The translations under genes and the position numbers were made by a program. 64,000 nt of DNA from an uncultured bacterium (GTDB lineage: Bacteria; Patescibacteriota; Patescibacteriia; Patescibacteriales; UBA12465): positions 1,627-65,626 of the forward strand of contig CALKWQ010000015.1 in the NCBI GenBank assembly GCA_938003925.1, given 5' to 3'. Below, piece after piece: positions 54,559 to 64,000 of the stretch; position 1 is the first letter of the stretch; each line of letters begins with the position of its first letter. The notes beneath the pieces were generated by a model, which did no database searches, was not told the DNA's origin, and worked only from the letters and a program-made list of their open reading frames with translations.

Positions 54559-55704
54559 TTAAAGCTTCTGATTTTCGGCTTGTTTAGCCTGAAGGTAAGA
54601 GTTAAGTTGCTTTTTAAAATTAGCCACCGAATATTGCTCGGCATGCTCTCTGATTTTTTTACTATCCCATAATTGCTCGCCGCTATCATAATCATCTACA
54701 AAACGACGTATAGCAGCCATTACCGCTTCGGGCGTCTGTTCTTCAAAAAAGACGCCACTTATTTTCTCTACCACCGTTTCGGTCGCTCCGCCGCGTCGAT
54801 AAGCAATGACTGGACGTCCCGAGGCCATGGCCTCGACGGCAGTAATGCCAAAATCTTCTTCCTGGGGGTTAATAAAAGCTAGGGCGCGTGCATACAAATC
54901 AGCTTTTCGCTCCTCGCTAACTCGTCCTAAAAATTCAATGTTAGTCGCGGCACCAGCTAATTTTTGCAAACGAGGCAAATCCAGGCCATCGCCAAAAATT
55001 TTTAAGCGGTAATTAGCGCCCAGAGCCTTGAAAGCCTGTACCACCATATCCACCCGCTTATAAGGAGCTAACCGGCAACCAACCAAAAAATAGCGCTCGC
55101 CCCGAGGCTGTTGGCTCAAATCGGCAATTTTAAATTTAGAGGTTTCTACCGGGGGATAAATAATAGTCGCTTCACGGCGATAAAATTTAGCAATACGACG
55201 CCGCACTGTTTCTGAGTTGGCAATAAAATAATCCACTCTTTGCGCTGCTGCAAAATCCCACACCCTTAACCGTCCGAGAGTCAAAGAAATAATTTTCTTA
55301 ATCCACTTATTATATTTTAATTCATTCAAGTATTGATGGGCGTCGCTCCACAAATAGCGGGTAGGCGTATGACAATAGCAAATATGTATGGTTTCGGGGG
55401 TGGTAATTACACCTTTAGCAAAAGCGCTGGCGTCAGAAATAACTAAATCGTAAGGACGTAAATCAAAAAATTCCACCGCCATGGGCATGAAATATAAATA
55501 CCATTTATAGTGACGCACTCCTCCGGGTAAACGCTGGATAATGGAACTTTCGATGCGACGACCGGCAAAATTCTTATCCACCTTTTTTTGGTCGTAAAGC
55601 AAGGTATAGATAGGAGCCTCCGGAAACATGTCTGCTAAGATTTTCAAGACTTTTTCCGCCCCGCCCTCTTGAGCGAGATGGTCGTGAATTAAAGCGACTT
55701 TCAT
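54559..55704 (-). CDS. glycosyltransferase family 4
   Basis: EDFGITAVEAMASGRPVIA. I prefer the start at MKVALIHDHL (55704). Confidence 0.8.
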   Translation of the reverse strand: MKVALIHDHLAQEGGAEKVLKILADMFPEAPIYTLLYDQKKVDKNFAGRRIESSIIQRLPGGVRHYKWYLYFMPMAVEFFDLRPYDLVISDASAFAKGVITTPETIHICYCHTPTRYLWSDAHQYLNELKYNKWIKKIISLTLGRLRVWDFAAAQRVDYFIANSETVRRRIAKFYRREATIIYPPVETSKFKIADLSQQPRGERYFLVGCRLAPYKRVDMVVQAFKALGANYRLKIFGDGLDLPRLQKLAGAATNIEFLGRVSEERKADLYARALAFINPQEEDFGITAVEAMASGRPVIAYRRGGATETVVEKISGVFFEEQTPEAVMAAIRRFVDDYDSGEQLWDSKKIREHAEQYSVANFKKQLNSYLQAKQAENQKL

Positions 55705-55763
55705 GTGGTCTTGGCGGTTGTTGCCAATATTTAGTCTCAAACAACAACCGAACTTTAATTATA

Positions 55764-57179
55764 TTATTCCGCAGCGCGATGCTTGAGCACTGCCAAAGGA
55801 GTTTTGAGCAAAATAGAAACATCTAATAACAATGACCAATTTTCCAAATAGTAAACATCCAGCTTCACCTCTTCTTCAAACAGCAAGTCGCTGCGTCCAG
55901 AAATTTGCGCCATCCCGGTAATGCCCGGCTTAACAGTTAAAGTCTTACGATGATGATGTTCGTATTTAGCCACCTCTTCCGGCAGATGCGGTCTTGGCCC
56001 CACTAAACTCATCTTGCCGGCAAACACTAAAAACAGCTCAGGCAGTTCATCAAGCGACCAGCGACGAATAATGCTGCCCACCCGCGTCACCCGAGGGTCA
56101 TCCTTGATTTTTACCAACGGACCATCGGTACGCAGATTGCGGTCAGCTAATTCCTGATAGCGCATACTGTCAGAATTAACAATCATGGAACGGAATTTAA
56201 AATAGCGAAACGGCCGACCGCCCTCACCTACTCGTGTGACAACGCTACCGTCATCACGTCGGGAGAAAAAAATCGGACCCCGGGAATCAAGTTTAATAGC
56301 CAGGGCTACTATCAATAAAATGGGGGAAAAAATAATAATCAACACAGAAGAGCCAAAAATATCCACGGCCCTTTTTAAGATTCGCCCCCAGCCATCTAAA
56401 GTGGTCTTTTTGACTTCTACAATCGGAATTCCTGCCAAATCACTAACTTCCGTCCGCAACACTTTTACCTCCAATAAATCAGCCACGTACTTATAAACCA
56501 GATGCTGTTCAGCGGCAAAATCATATAAACGCAGGGCTTCAGCTTTGCTTAAATTAGGATCACTTTGTATGATTTCATCCACCCGTTGCAGCCGCATAAT
56601 CTCCGTTAATTCCTGCACGCTTTCTAGAGAAAAATCACGTAGACGTTTGATGACCACGTAGCCCAATCTAGGATTAGCGGCAAATTCGGAGAGTAACTTG
56701 TCGGTCGTCTTGCTGTTACCGACTAAAACTAAATGGCGCACACCAACGCCGAAGCGGAATAAATAACGGCGCAACCAGCGTACAAACAAACGACCGAAAC
56801 TCACGTAAATTACGGACAATAAAGAGGCCGCAATTACGATAAAACGGGAATCAAATAATTCCCGGCGAAAAAAGATGTAAATAGCGATAAGAGCCAAACC
56901 GGTAAAACAAGCCAGGACCACTCGAGCCAGTTCCCGAGCCACATTGGCGGGACGGCGGATACGATACATGCCGGCAAAAGCAAAAACCAAAATCCAGACA
57001 GCGGCAATAACTAGCACCAAACTGAAATAACGATCAAAGTGCAGATTGAAAATTACCGGGCGAATGTCTGTCGAAAAGCTAGAAAAACGTAGTTGGTAGG
57101 CGGATAAACCGGCTAAAACCAATAAAACGTAATCTAAGGGCACAAGCAAGAAACTAAAAAATAGTTCCGTTTTTTTCAT
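55764..57179 (-). CDS. polyprenyl-phosphate sugar phosphotransferase (WbaP/bacterial sugar transferase family)
   Basis: C-terminal catalytic domain DELPELFLVFAGKMSLVGPRP...PGITGMAQISGR. 4-5 N-terminal TM. Start at MKKTELFF (57179). Confidence 0.85.
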   Translation of the reverse strand: MKKTELFFSFLLVPLDYVLLVLAGLSAYQLRFSSFSTDIRPVIFNLHFDRYFSLVLVIAAVWILVFAFAGMYRIRRPANVARELARVVLACFTGLALIAIYIFFRRELFDSRFIVIAASLLSVIYVSFGRLFVRWLRRYLFRFGVGVRHLVLVGNSKTTDKLLSEFAANPRLGYVVIKRLRDFSLESVQELTEIMRLQRVDEIIQSDPNLSKAEALRLYDFAAEQHLVYKYVADLLEVKVLRTEVSDLAGIPIVEVKKTTLDGWGRILKRAVDIFGSSVLIIIFSPILLIVALAIKLDSRGPIFFSRRDDGSVVTRVGEGGRPFRYFKFRSMIVNSDSMRYQELADRNLRTDGPLVKIKDDPRVTRVGSIIRRWSLDELPELFLVFAGKMSLVGPRPHLPEEVAKYEHHHRKTLTVKPGITGMAQISGRSDLLFEEEVKLDVYYLENWSLLLDVSILLKTPLAVLKHRAAE

Positions 57180-57232
57180 ATTTATATAAAACTGGAGCCA
57201 AGCTAGCGCTAGACTCAAGTTGTAAAAACGAG

Positions 57233-57594
57233 GTTAAAGGGGCAAGCGATAAGCCGGATTCTGTCGTGAGCGGCCATTTATCTAGCCTAAACGTCACCGC
57301 TTAGGTCATGCGAGCTACTTTTTACTGCCTAGTAAACTAAACAGCTTTGCTCTTGCTCCAGGCAGGGTTTACCGCGGACACGCCGTTACCGGCGGCCGAA
57401 GCCTGTAGCCCCAAAGGAACTTCAGGCAACTTTTCACCTTTCTTCCCATCCGAAGATGAAAATAGTATTGTCTCTGTGGCACTTTCCCTAAGATTACTCT
57501 TGGCGGACGTTATCCGCTGCCTTGTTTATGAAGTCCGGACTTTCCTCTTCTTAGCGCCAATAGCGCAAAAAAGCGGCCGCTTACTTGCCCCGAT
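57233..57594 (-). ncRNA. rnpB: RNase P RNA, bacterial type A
   Basis: Minus strand carries GAGGAAAGUCCGG (RC of 57535-57547), GGUAACGGCGUGUCCGCGGUAAACCCUGCCUGGAGCAAG and ACAGAAUCCGGCUUAUCG (RC of 57247-57264). P1 pairs GGGGCAAG (5') with CUUGCCCC (3'). Ends are good to about +/-5 nt. Confidence 0.88.
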
Positions 57595-57669
57595 TAACAC
57601 CTTTATCGTACTAAAAATAACAGAAAAAATCAAATCTTAGCACAATATTTAACGATTCTTGACAAGGTA

Positions 57670-57698
57670 TTGACATATATTATTAAATATGCTATTAT
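57670..57698 (+). promoter_or_regulatory. sigma70-type promoter TTGACA-N17-TATTAT for 57768..58871
   Basis: TTGACA at 57670-57675, 17-nt spacer, TATTAT at 57693-57698. Confidence 0.4.
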
Positions 57699-57767
57699 TA
57701 TCCCCATGAGCAGCGGTAGTTACCGGCAAAACTGTTCATTAACAATCAAACCAAACAAATAATCCGC

Positions 57768-58871
57768 ATGAAAAAAGCAGCTATTGCTATTGCCCTCTTT
57801 CTGGGCGTGATCGTGCTGTCCGTAGGACAGACTGGTCAAAAAACCACAACCACCAACACCTCTGCCAGCACCACCTTGCTGATGAAATCCTTCAACCAGG
57901 TTTATCTGGAAACTCTTGACCTCAACCGCGGGCGCTTCAACAATTTGAACGAAATTCAGATTGGAGACAGCGTTCTGGTAAGTTCCAAGTATTTCGGTCA
58001 GCTAAACCGATGGTTTATTGCCGACGCCCCCTGGGTAAACAACGGAAGACATGATTGTATCTGGGTGTTGGTCGAAAAGTACATGGCCAATGACCTCTAT
58101 ACCGAGCCCGTGTATGTTCCCGAGGAGCCTAAAAAAGAACCCGTAGCCCCGGCAGTGGAAACACCTGTAGTGACAACCGAAAAAACAGCCATACCCTGGT
58201 GGGCATGGTTAATACTAGGCCTGCTAGCCGGAACGATGCTGGTAATTTTTCTCCGCAGCCAAATTCGGCAGCGTGAAAACATCCGTAACAACCCGGACGC
58301 TTTTCCACCGGTAGTAAGTGGTGGTCTCAGTAACAACGATGCAGAAGCAATCAATCAGATTGCCAGTCATCGCCACGTAGAGCCCAGCAACGTAGCTGGC
58401 ATCAGAAGAGGAACAATCGTTCGTGAGTACGGACCGACCGAAGTATTGGCAATAATGGAGTTTGGCGACCGTAACAACAGGCGCACCTACATCAGGCCGG
58501 GCGAAAGAGTCACAGAAGTAACCTTCTTGAGGAACGGACAACGCTCAGTGGAGTACTGGCGTGACCATTGCGGCAACCCATTCGGTGTTATTGCCCACGG
58601 ACACTTTGTGATGCCTACCGGCTGGAGATTTGAAGAAAATGCAACTCCTGTAACCGCCGCCAGCGACAATGCCGCTCCCGCAGTCATTCCTGCTCCCGCC
58701 ACGCCCGCAGTATCAGAGTTCGCCCCCATGGCACCGGTGGTGGATAATCAATTTATCCCTACCATCGTGCGCTCAGTGCCAAAAAATACCGAAAGCATTG
58801 ACATGAAAGTTACCACTGAGGGTATCAATATTTTTATCAAAATGCACAATCAGGAAGAGGTAAAGAAATAA
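57768..58871 (+). CDS. hypothetical bitopic membrane protein (367 aa)
   Basis: Signal-like N-terminus, Thr-rich stretch, central TM (IPWWAWLILGLLAGTMLVIFL), Pro/Ala-rich linkers. No family recognised. Confidence 0.65.
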   Translation: MKKAAIAIALFLGVIVLSVGQTGQKTTTTNTSASTTLLMKSFNQVYLETLDLNRGRFNNLNEIQIGDSVLVSSKYFGQLNRWFIADAPWVNNGRHDCIWVLVEKYMANDLYTEPVYVPEEPKKEPVAPAVETPVVTTEKTAIPWWAWLILGLLAGTMLVIFLRSQIRQRENIRNNPDAFPPVVSGGLSNNDAEAINQIASHRHVEPSNVAGIRRGTIVREYGPTEVLAIMEFGDRNNRRTYIRPGERVTEVTFLRNGQRSVEYWRDHCGNPFGVIAHGHFVMPTGWRFEENATPVTAASDNAAPAVIPAPATPAVSEFAPMAPVVDNQFIPTIVRSVPKNTESIDMKVTTEGINIFIKMHNQEEVKK

Positions 58872-58891
58872 TTCCGCCACTTCCCCTTATC

Positions 58892-58922
58892 GGACCAGCG
58901 CTCAAGTAATTGAGCCTGGTCC
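58892..58922. terminator. bidirectional intrinsic terminator
   Basis: GGACCAG-C-GCTCAA-gtaa-TTGAGC-CTGGTCC followed by TTTTTTT. Lies between convergent genes. Confidence 0.65.
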
Positions 58923-58938
58923 TTTTTTTATAATCACA

Positions 58939-61900
58939 CTACTGCGGTTTTTCCGCCTCATACTCCGCCCAAACTTGAGCAGCATCTAAAGCACCCTGCC
59001 AGATTTTAAAATTATCTAACTTGTAATCAGTAACCATGGTCTCCAAAGTCAGCCGATCAAAGCCTTGGTTGATTAGCGGTAAACGCTGGCTTTCCATACT
59101 AAGGACGCCATCGATAAACAATTGCCAACGATAACGATAATCGTCATAAGCTAAAGCGAAATGATGCCAACCCTTATCATCTAATAACTTAATTGAACCT
59201 TTTTCAAAATCGTTATTACTGTGATTTAAAGTACCTAGCTGCCGTTTATTCTCACTAAAGACTAAATTAGCCGCCAGCTGATCTTGATGGTGTAACATCA
59301 ACCTCATCTTGCCGCTAAATTCTCCAGGGGCGAAACTTTGCCACCAGCCAGAAAGTGAAAAATTATTAGCAGTCTTTAACGGCAAGTTTAACTGATACGA
59401 CTCACCCAAGGGCGGAAAATTTAAGGCCCGTCCGCTTAAACCGTTGTAGACCAGAGAACCACTAGGCAAAGACCAATCCAAGGAACCTGCACTATCATGG
59501 GCTATTTTGCCACTAGCCTCATCAAAATTCCAAGCATGTAATAACTTGAGGACTGGGGGCTCATAGCGCTGTATTTGAGGATTAAAAGGCTGTTGAGCTT
59601 GAAATATAGCAACAATCTCAGCAGACTCTAAGGCTCGGTTCCATAAAGCCAATTCATCTAAGAAAAAATCACCCGACATTGAGCCCAGACGCAAACCGTC
59701 AAAACCAGGGGCCAGGCCGCTAAATGCTTGTCTGATTATTTCTGCGCCATCAGTAAACAGAGACCAGTAACCAGCAGCTGCATTCCAAACTAACACCGCC
59801 TGATGCCAATCATTATCAGCATAGTTAGGTAGCTGGTATTGACCTTCTAGACCGGGAAAACCATAAAATTCCACCACTTCTTTCGATATATCAAACCGTA
59901 ACTGGATATTATCCGTGTGGTTTTCTAAGAAAAAATAAGCATGACTATATTCATCACGCAATTTAAACTGAAAAGCGAGGCTAAAGTTTTCACCACTTAA
60001 CCATGGATCCAGGCTGGCCCGCAAATCATCTTCTGGATAAGGCAACTTTTGACCGCAACCCCAGCGACCGATAGACCAAGTCCCGCTCACGCGCAAAGCT
60101 TTAGCTGCTTGACCGCTAATCATTTCCGCCGTTGTACTACCCTGACACTCTTCAAAAGACCATAAGCGCCACAAGCCATTGCTATCTATCCCCGGTAAAA
60201 TAGTAAAAGGAGTGGAGGTATCGGTATTACCGCCCGACTGATTGTTGTTGTCATCTGTTGCTTCATCTTCTTCTTCCTCTACCTCATCAATTTCGTCGTC
60301 GTCATTTTCCTCCTGAGAACTGGGTAATGCCCCACCTAAGGGCCAAAGCAGCCAATCATGAGCATTATCATCGCTATCATAATTCGGTGGCCACTGAGCC
60401 TGAGCGCCGCCAGTCAAAATATCAGCTAGCTGGGTATCGGCCTTGGCTTTACGGCGTAATAAATAGCCGGCAGTCAAAGCTGGAGCTGGTCCGCTACCTT
60501 CAAAATAAGCAGCTTCACCATAACCGACAAAATCAATAATATCATCGTCATTAGGGCTGCTCACCGCCCCAGAGGCTAAATAAATAGTGTAAGCGCTATC
60601 GGTAAAAGTGAAATCGCTACGCAAGGCAATAGCTTGGGCCGCAGCTAATAAATCCGCAGAAGCATCATCGCGCACTATCCGATAAGCTTCGCCAGCCCTT
60701 AACAGCGTACCGCCAGGGAAAGAAGCATCGCTCTCAGCGTCAAAACGCAGGATGATTCCAGGATCACTAGCCGTTCGGCTTTTCTCCAAGCGAATTTTTC
60801 TAGCTGCTAAATCAATATCCTGATCGCCATAATTCCAGATTTCTAACCAGTCATCATTGCCCTCAACGTATAAACGACTAAGCACCAGAGTCAGTGGCGG
60901 CAACACTATCTCACTCTCAGTAGTGGTATTAACCACCGTACTGGTAGCCGTGGTAGTGCTGGTTAATTTATTAACTAAAGGTGACCATAAAGCTACCTGG
61001 CTAGATGGGTTAGTGGTCACAATTTTAGCTGTAGTCTTAGTATCGGCCACGGGACTAATCACAGGCTGACTAGTGCTAGAAATAATAGTAGTCGTTGTTA
61101 CCGGACGTGCGGCGCTAAAAATATCAGTCTGATTATCATTATTAGCGCTCCCATTAGTTGTGGTTGAGCTGGGAGGCACAGGACTAGCCTCAGCTTTTAC
61201 AGCCAACGCCGTTGCAACCGGCTTCGCCGCTAGAGCCGGGTTAGCTACCGCTACTAAGGGGCTATTTACCTGCGCCTTATTATTTTCTGCCGCCGGAGCC
61301 TTAACAATCTCCTCGCCCTCATCCCACACTAAAGCATCTCCTTCTTCGCTGGGAAATAATACTTCCGACCAGCCATCACCAAAAAGTCCCGCCAGACGTT
61401 TGAGACTTGAGGTAGGGTTGTTAACCAAACTCCACTTTAAAATCAAGCCCAGATTATTAACCTTCCCCCGTACAGCGGTGTCGGGAAAATCGCTGCTCAA
61501 ATCAATATCTACCGGAACATCTATTAAGGTGGCTTGCACCGCCTGTGTATAGGGTAGAAAAATATAACGCTGACCATTCTGTTCTTTGCCGGCGTTATAA
61601 CCAATAATTTCAGGCAAGGGCAAGATAGTGGTAGCTCGCCGCGCAATTTTAGAAAATTCTCGGCGAGTGGAAAAACAATCACCCTGTTCGTTATAAATGC
61701 TATCGCCATCATACCCGTCCGGAGTAATATCGACCGCATAATACTGCGGATTATATTCCAGGGCGCCTAAGCGCTCGGGATTGGCAGCGTTAGCGCTTTC
61801 ATAAACTTTTTCCGTCAAACCCACACAGGTCCAATCACCGGTCCAAGGGCCTTTCTGGGCTGAAAAATCAAAATCATAAGCTAAATCAGCGGTGGTCAGA

Positions 61901-62280
61901 TATTTAGCTAGAGCCACCGCTCGAGCCCGTTGCCACCTGCTCGCTCCCTTTGGTAATTTAGCGGCCACTAAGGCTTCACCCGCACTATTATTGATAAAAT
62001 AATGGGCCGGGGTTTTGACAATACCGGTACCTAAAGCTTCAACTACATAATCAACTCCATCCTCTTTGCCAATATAGATGGCGGCATGTCCTGGATAAAT
62101 ATTGGTAATCACTCCATAACTCTCGGCAATTAATTCTTTGCTACTTAGACCATACATTCTGCCCTCGCTGGAAGTGCGGTATAAAATAGTACCAGGCTCT
62201 AAAGCTAAAGCGGGCAGATAATTTAAGAACCAATAAACTAGGCAGCAGCCAAATAAAAATATTAATTTATAAACTCTCAT
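58939..62280 (-). CDS. large secreted multidomain protein: N-terminal papain/NlpC-like-looking domain, Thr/Ser/Ala-rich linker, lamin-tail-like domain, acidic linker, two LamG/concanavalin-A-like domains
   Basis: 1113 aa. Signal peptide. LYVEGNDDWLEIWNYGDQDIDL (LTD-like). SSQEENDDDEIDEVEEEEDEATDD linker. DNDWHQAVLVW and KGWHHFALAYD cores typical of LamG_3 domains. Domain calls are from recall. Confidence 0.8.
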   Translation of the reverse strand: MRVYKLIFLFGCCLVYWFLNYLPALALEPGTILYRTSSEGRMYGLSSKELIAESYGVITNIYPGHAAIYIGKEDGVDYVVEALGTGIVKTPAHYFINNSAGEALVAAKLPKGASRWQRARAVALAKYLTTADLAYDFDFSAQKGPWTGDWTCVGLTEKVYESANAANPERLGALEYNPQYYAVDITPDGYDGDSIYNEQGDCFSTRREFSKIARRATTILPLPEIIGYNAGKEQNGQRYIFLPYTQAVQATLIDVPVDIDLSSDFPDTAVRGKVNNLGLILKWSLVNNPTSSLKRLAGLFGDGWSEVLFPSEEGDALVWDEGEEIVKAPAAENNKAQVNSPLVAVANPALAAKPVATALAVKAEASPVPPSSTTTNGSANNDNQTDIFSAARPVTTTTIISSTSQPVISPVADTKTTAKIVTTNPSSQVALWSPLVNKLTSTTTATSTVVNTTTESEIVLPPLTLVLSRLYVEGNDDWLEIWNYGDQDIDLAARKIRLEKSRTASDPGIILRFDAESDASFPGGTLLRAGEAYRIVRDDASADLLAAAQAIALRSDFTFTDSAYTIYLASGAVSSPNDDDIIDFVGYGEAAYFEGSGPAPALTAGYLLRRKAKADTQLADILTGGAQAQWPPNYDSDDNAHDWLLWPLGGALPSSQEENDDDEIDEVEEEEDEATDDNNNQSGGNTDTSTPFTILPGIDSNGLWRLWSFEECQGSTTAEMISGQAAKALRVSGTWSIGRWGCGQKLPYPEDDLRASLDPWLSGENFSLAFQFKLRDEYSHAYFFLENHTDNIQLRFDISKEVVEFYGFPGLEGQYQLPNYADNDWHQAVLVWNAAAGYWSLFTDGAEIIRQAFSGLAPGFDGLRLGSMSGDFFLDELALWNRALESAEIVAIFQAQQPFNPQIQRYEPPVLKLLHAWNFDEASGKIAHDSAGSLDWSLPSGSLVYNGLSGRALNFPPLGESYQLNLPLKTANNFSLSGWWQSFAPGEFSGKMRLMLHHQDQLAANLVFSENKRQLGTLNHSNNDFEKGSIKLLDDKGWHHFALAYDDYRYRWQLFIDGVLSMESQRLPLINQGFDRLTLETMVTDYKLDNFKIWQGALDAAQVWAEYEAEKPQ

Positions 62281-63316
62281 AAAATTGCTGCCAATCTCCA
62301 GCTGAAGGAGCGGGCGTATTAATTTGTACTTGAAATAAAGTCAGCAGTGTCTCAGCTGCCAGACCCCGGCTAACAGCATCCAAGGACTGATTCTCCGCTA
62401 TTTCCATCAAGTGAGACCGCGCGCTTAAATCCCCTTCCTCCGCTGCTGCGTTTAACAACCACAGACGCCGCCATCGTCCTGGTCCAGCTGGCGAGGCTAC
62501 AATTAACTGCCGCAAACGCTGTAACTCTTCTGTTGACCAAGTTTGAACACTCAAAGACGAGTAAATCCTAACAGCTAAAGTTAATAAATTTATTGGCGAA
62601 TCTTGCAAAATTAATTTTTTAAGCAGACTCACGGTAGCCTCGTCCGGAAAAGCAGCAAGCAAACTGAGAGCGTATTCCCTCTCCGCTAAATTTACATTTT
62701 CAGCCAAGACTTGGGCGCGGACACTATTCAACCAAGCTTCATCCTGAAAAGCGCCGGCAAAAAAAGTTACAATCAGCTTTTTATTCTCCGCCGAAGCCGA
62801 AGGGTCGGCAATCACTTCGGCTAAAAATGGCGGCAATGATTTGGTATTGCCATCAGCCGCCATAATTTTGATAATCGCCGCTTGCAATTCCCCGCCTCCC
62901 TTGGCAAACGCCTGCCTAAATAAGGCTGCGGCCAACTCCGGCTCACGACGATAGAAAGGTCGCCAAATAGCTGCATAAGCTTGACGTTCAGCCAGACACT
63001 CTTCGCGACAAACTCCAGTAAAGGAAGCTTGAAAATAACGCCAAGCAATTTCGGCCCGCAAAGGCTCAGGATAACGTGTCCAAGGACGAAAAAGATAAGG
63101 AGTTAACAACAAAAATATCACCAAAGCTAACAAGCCGGCGCTTAACCAAACCCAATGGGCTCGGATAAACGACCGCCATCGTGGCATCTTTTTTGGTGGT
63201 AATTTAGTTAATAATGGTAAAAGCATAAATTTGGTGCCGACAGCTACCGCCGCGGACTCGGCGCATGAATACGCGGCGGTAGCTTGTTCGGCCTTAACGG
63301 TACCGCTTCTTAGCAT
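62267..63316 (-). CDS. hypothetical membrane-anchored, alpha-helical repeat protein
   Basis: 349-aa ORF with TM (WVWLSAGLLALVIFLLL). Overlaps the downstream 1113-aa gene by 14 nt. Start uncertain. Confidence 0.55.
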   Translation of the reverse strand: MLRSGTVKAEQATAAYSCAESAAVAVGTKFMLLPLLTKLPPKKMPRWRSFIRAHWVWLSAGLLALVIFLLLTPYLFRPWTRYPEPLRAEIAWRYFQASFTGVCREECLAERQAYAAIWRPFYRREPELAAALFRQAFAKGGGELQAAIIKIMAADGNTKSLPPFLAEVIADPSASAENKKLIVTFFAGAFQDEAWLNSVRAQVLAENVNLAEREYALSLLAAFPDEATVSLLKKLILQDSPINLLTLAVRIYSSLSVQTWSTEELQRLRQLIVASPAGPGRWRRLWLLNAAAEEGDLSARSHLMEIAENQSLDAVSRGLAAETLLTLFQVQINTPAPSAGDWQQFYESL

Positions 63317-63374
63317 AACAAATCCGACCTGAAATCACTTACACTTATATTTAAACCTGAGTTAAATTAAACTA

Positions 63375-63406
63375 TCAAAAAACGCCCGTGAATACGGGCG
63401 TTTTTC
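63375..63406 (-). terminator. intrinsic terminator of the TPR gene
   Basis: Minus strand CGCCCGT-ATTC-ACGGGCG followed by TTTTTTG. Confidence 0.7.
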
Positions 63407-63421
63407 TTATCAAGCCTTATA

Positions 63422-64000
63422 TTACTCTATCGGTTCAGCACCGGTACTGCTAGCAGGCTGAGCTCCCTGTAAAAAAGCCTGTACTGCTGGCCGCAAAGAT
63501 GGGTCAATATCAGCCGCTTTAACAGCGGCGTTTAAAGCAGCCTCTAAATTGCCGGCCGCCAGTTCGGCTTTAGCTAAATTAACATACAACAAAGGGTCAA
63601 CGCTGCCTTGTTCTGCCAACAGACGATAAGACACCAACAAACGAACTTCATCCTGGTTTTCCTGGTAGTGAGTAACGGCAGCATTTAAAGCATCGGGTAA
63701 AACGTGCTCACCTTTTTTATCCAGACAAGTATCTATATAACCTTGAGCACGATCATCTTCGGTTAAGAAATAAAAATTACCCAACTGACAATGAGTTTCC
63801 ACGTAATCAGGATTAAGCGCCAAGGCTTTCAAGAAAGACTGCTCAGCCCCCTCCATATCGCCCCGGTTAGCCTGAATTTGCGCCATGATATAATAAACAG
63901 GCAGGCGCCGAGGGCTAGCCGCCAATGAATTTTCAGCGGCAGCCAAAGCTTTATCCGAGTACAACTTAAAAGTAGCCGGTTCCTGAGAATAATAACGGGA
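63422..64000 (-). CDS. TPR-repeat protein, C-terminal part (frame open to window end)
   Basis: TPR-like repeats (FLKALALNPDYVETHCQLGNFYF; AGNLEAALNAAVKAADIDPS). The track's Met is a TTG codon, and the frame continues upstream to 64000. Confidence 0.65.
   Translation of the reverse strand, partial: SRYYSQEPATFKLYSDKALAAAENSLAASPRRLPVYYIMAQIQANRGDMEGAEQSFLKALALNPDYVETHCQLGNFYFLTEDDRAQGYIDTCLDKKGEHVLPDALNAAVTHYQENQDEVRLLVSYRLLAEQGSVDPLLYVNLAKAELAAGNLEAALNAAVKAADIDPSLRPAVQAFLQGAQPASSTGAEPIE

Noticed and set aside
886-63048. The many other short track ORFs nested antisense or out of frame inside long genes. Examples: 886-1116, 1622-1891, 5238-5591, 13717-13989, 24273-24629, 34146-34556, 37419-37739, 39596-40018, 45136-45510, 58097-58729 and 61160-61552.
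   Set aside because: Each lies wholly within a longer ORF that has recognisable family motifs or better coding character.
1-64000. CRISPR arrays, cas genes, reverse transcriptase/DGR (template-variable repeat pairs), retrons, restriction-modification systems and toxin-antitoxin pairs.
   Set aside because: - No regularly spaced direct repeats were found.
- No ORF has RT, Cas, nuclease-helicase or methyltransferase motifs other than PrmC.
- The nucleotide repeat inside 19810..21585 is an ordinary in-frame domain duplication.

Overview
The window reads as a segment of a small, streamlined bacterial chromosome. I infer a Patescibacteria/CPR-like organism from gene content only: many short membrane-anchored orphan proteins, an archaeal-type class I aldolase, glycan-assembly clusters and no biosynthetic operons. 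There are about 60 protein genes, more than 90% of them on the minus strand.

The right part (29.4-64 kb) is visibly richer in GC and holds core genes:
- lysS-greA
- two glycan clusters (O-antigen-ligase-like/DUF192/GT2/GT4/flippase, and GT4/GT4/sugar transferase)
- rpmE-prfA-prmC
- L25, a RodA/FtsW-family protein and class I FBA
- dnaE and parAB
- tRNA-Leu(CAA), mnmA and dtd
- a type-A RNase P RNA, which the ORF track misreads as an ORF
- a 1113-aa LamG/LTD surface protein

The left part is AT-rich. It holds ldh, a 917-aa beta-helix surface protein, transporters, an ECF sigma cluster and ileS.

From about 18 to 29.3 kb there is a one-directional array of small accessory genes: orphans, two Nudix hydrolases, two pyrophosphatase-type proteins and an HExxH protein. 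The array ends at an intact tRNA-Gln(CUG).

The most unusual signal is that almost every intergenic gap of this array carries fragments resembling the T-loop plus 3' acceptor end of a tRNA. I see at least 11 copies in three sequence families (X, Y, T3):
- Several start directly after a stop codon.
- Each is followed by an intrinsic terminator and/or a TTGACA-N17-TATACT promoter.
- One ~85-nt module (tRNA 3' end + promoter/terminator + 5'UTR) is duplicated at 28.2 and 29.2 kb.

I found no integrase, CRISPR array, reverse transcriptase or recognisable defence gene. All similarity statements come from hand alignment and recall of protein families, not from searches.
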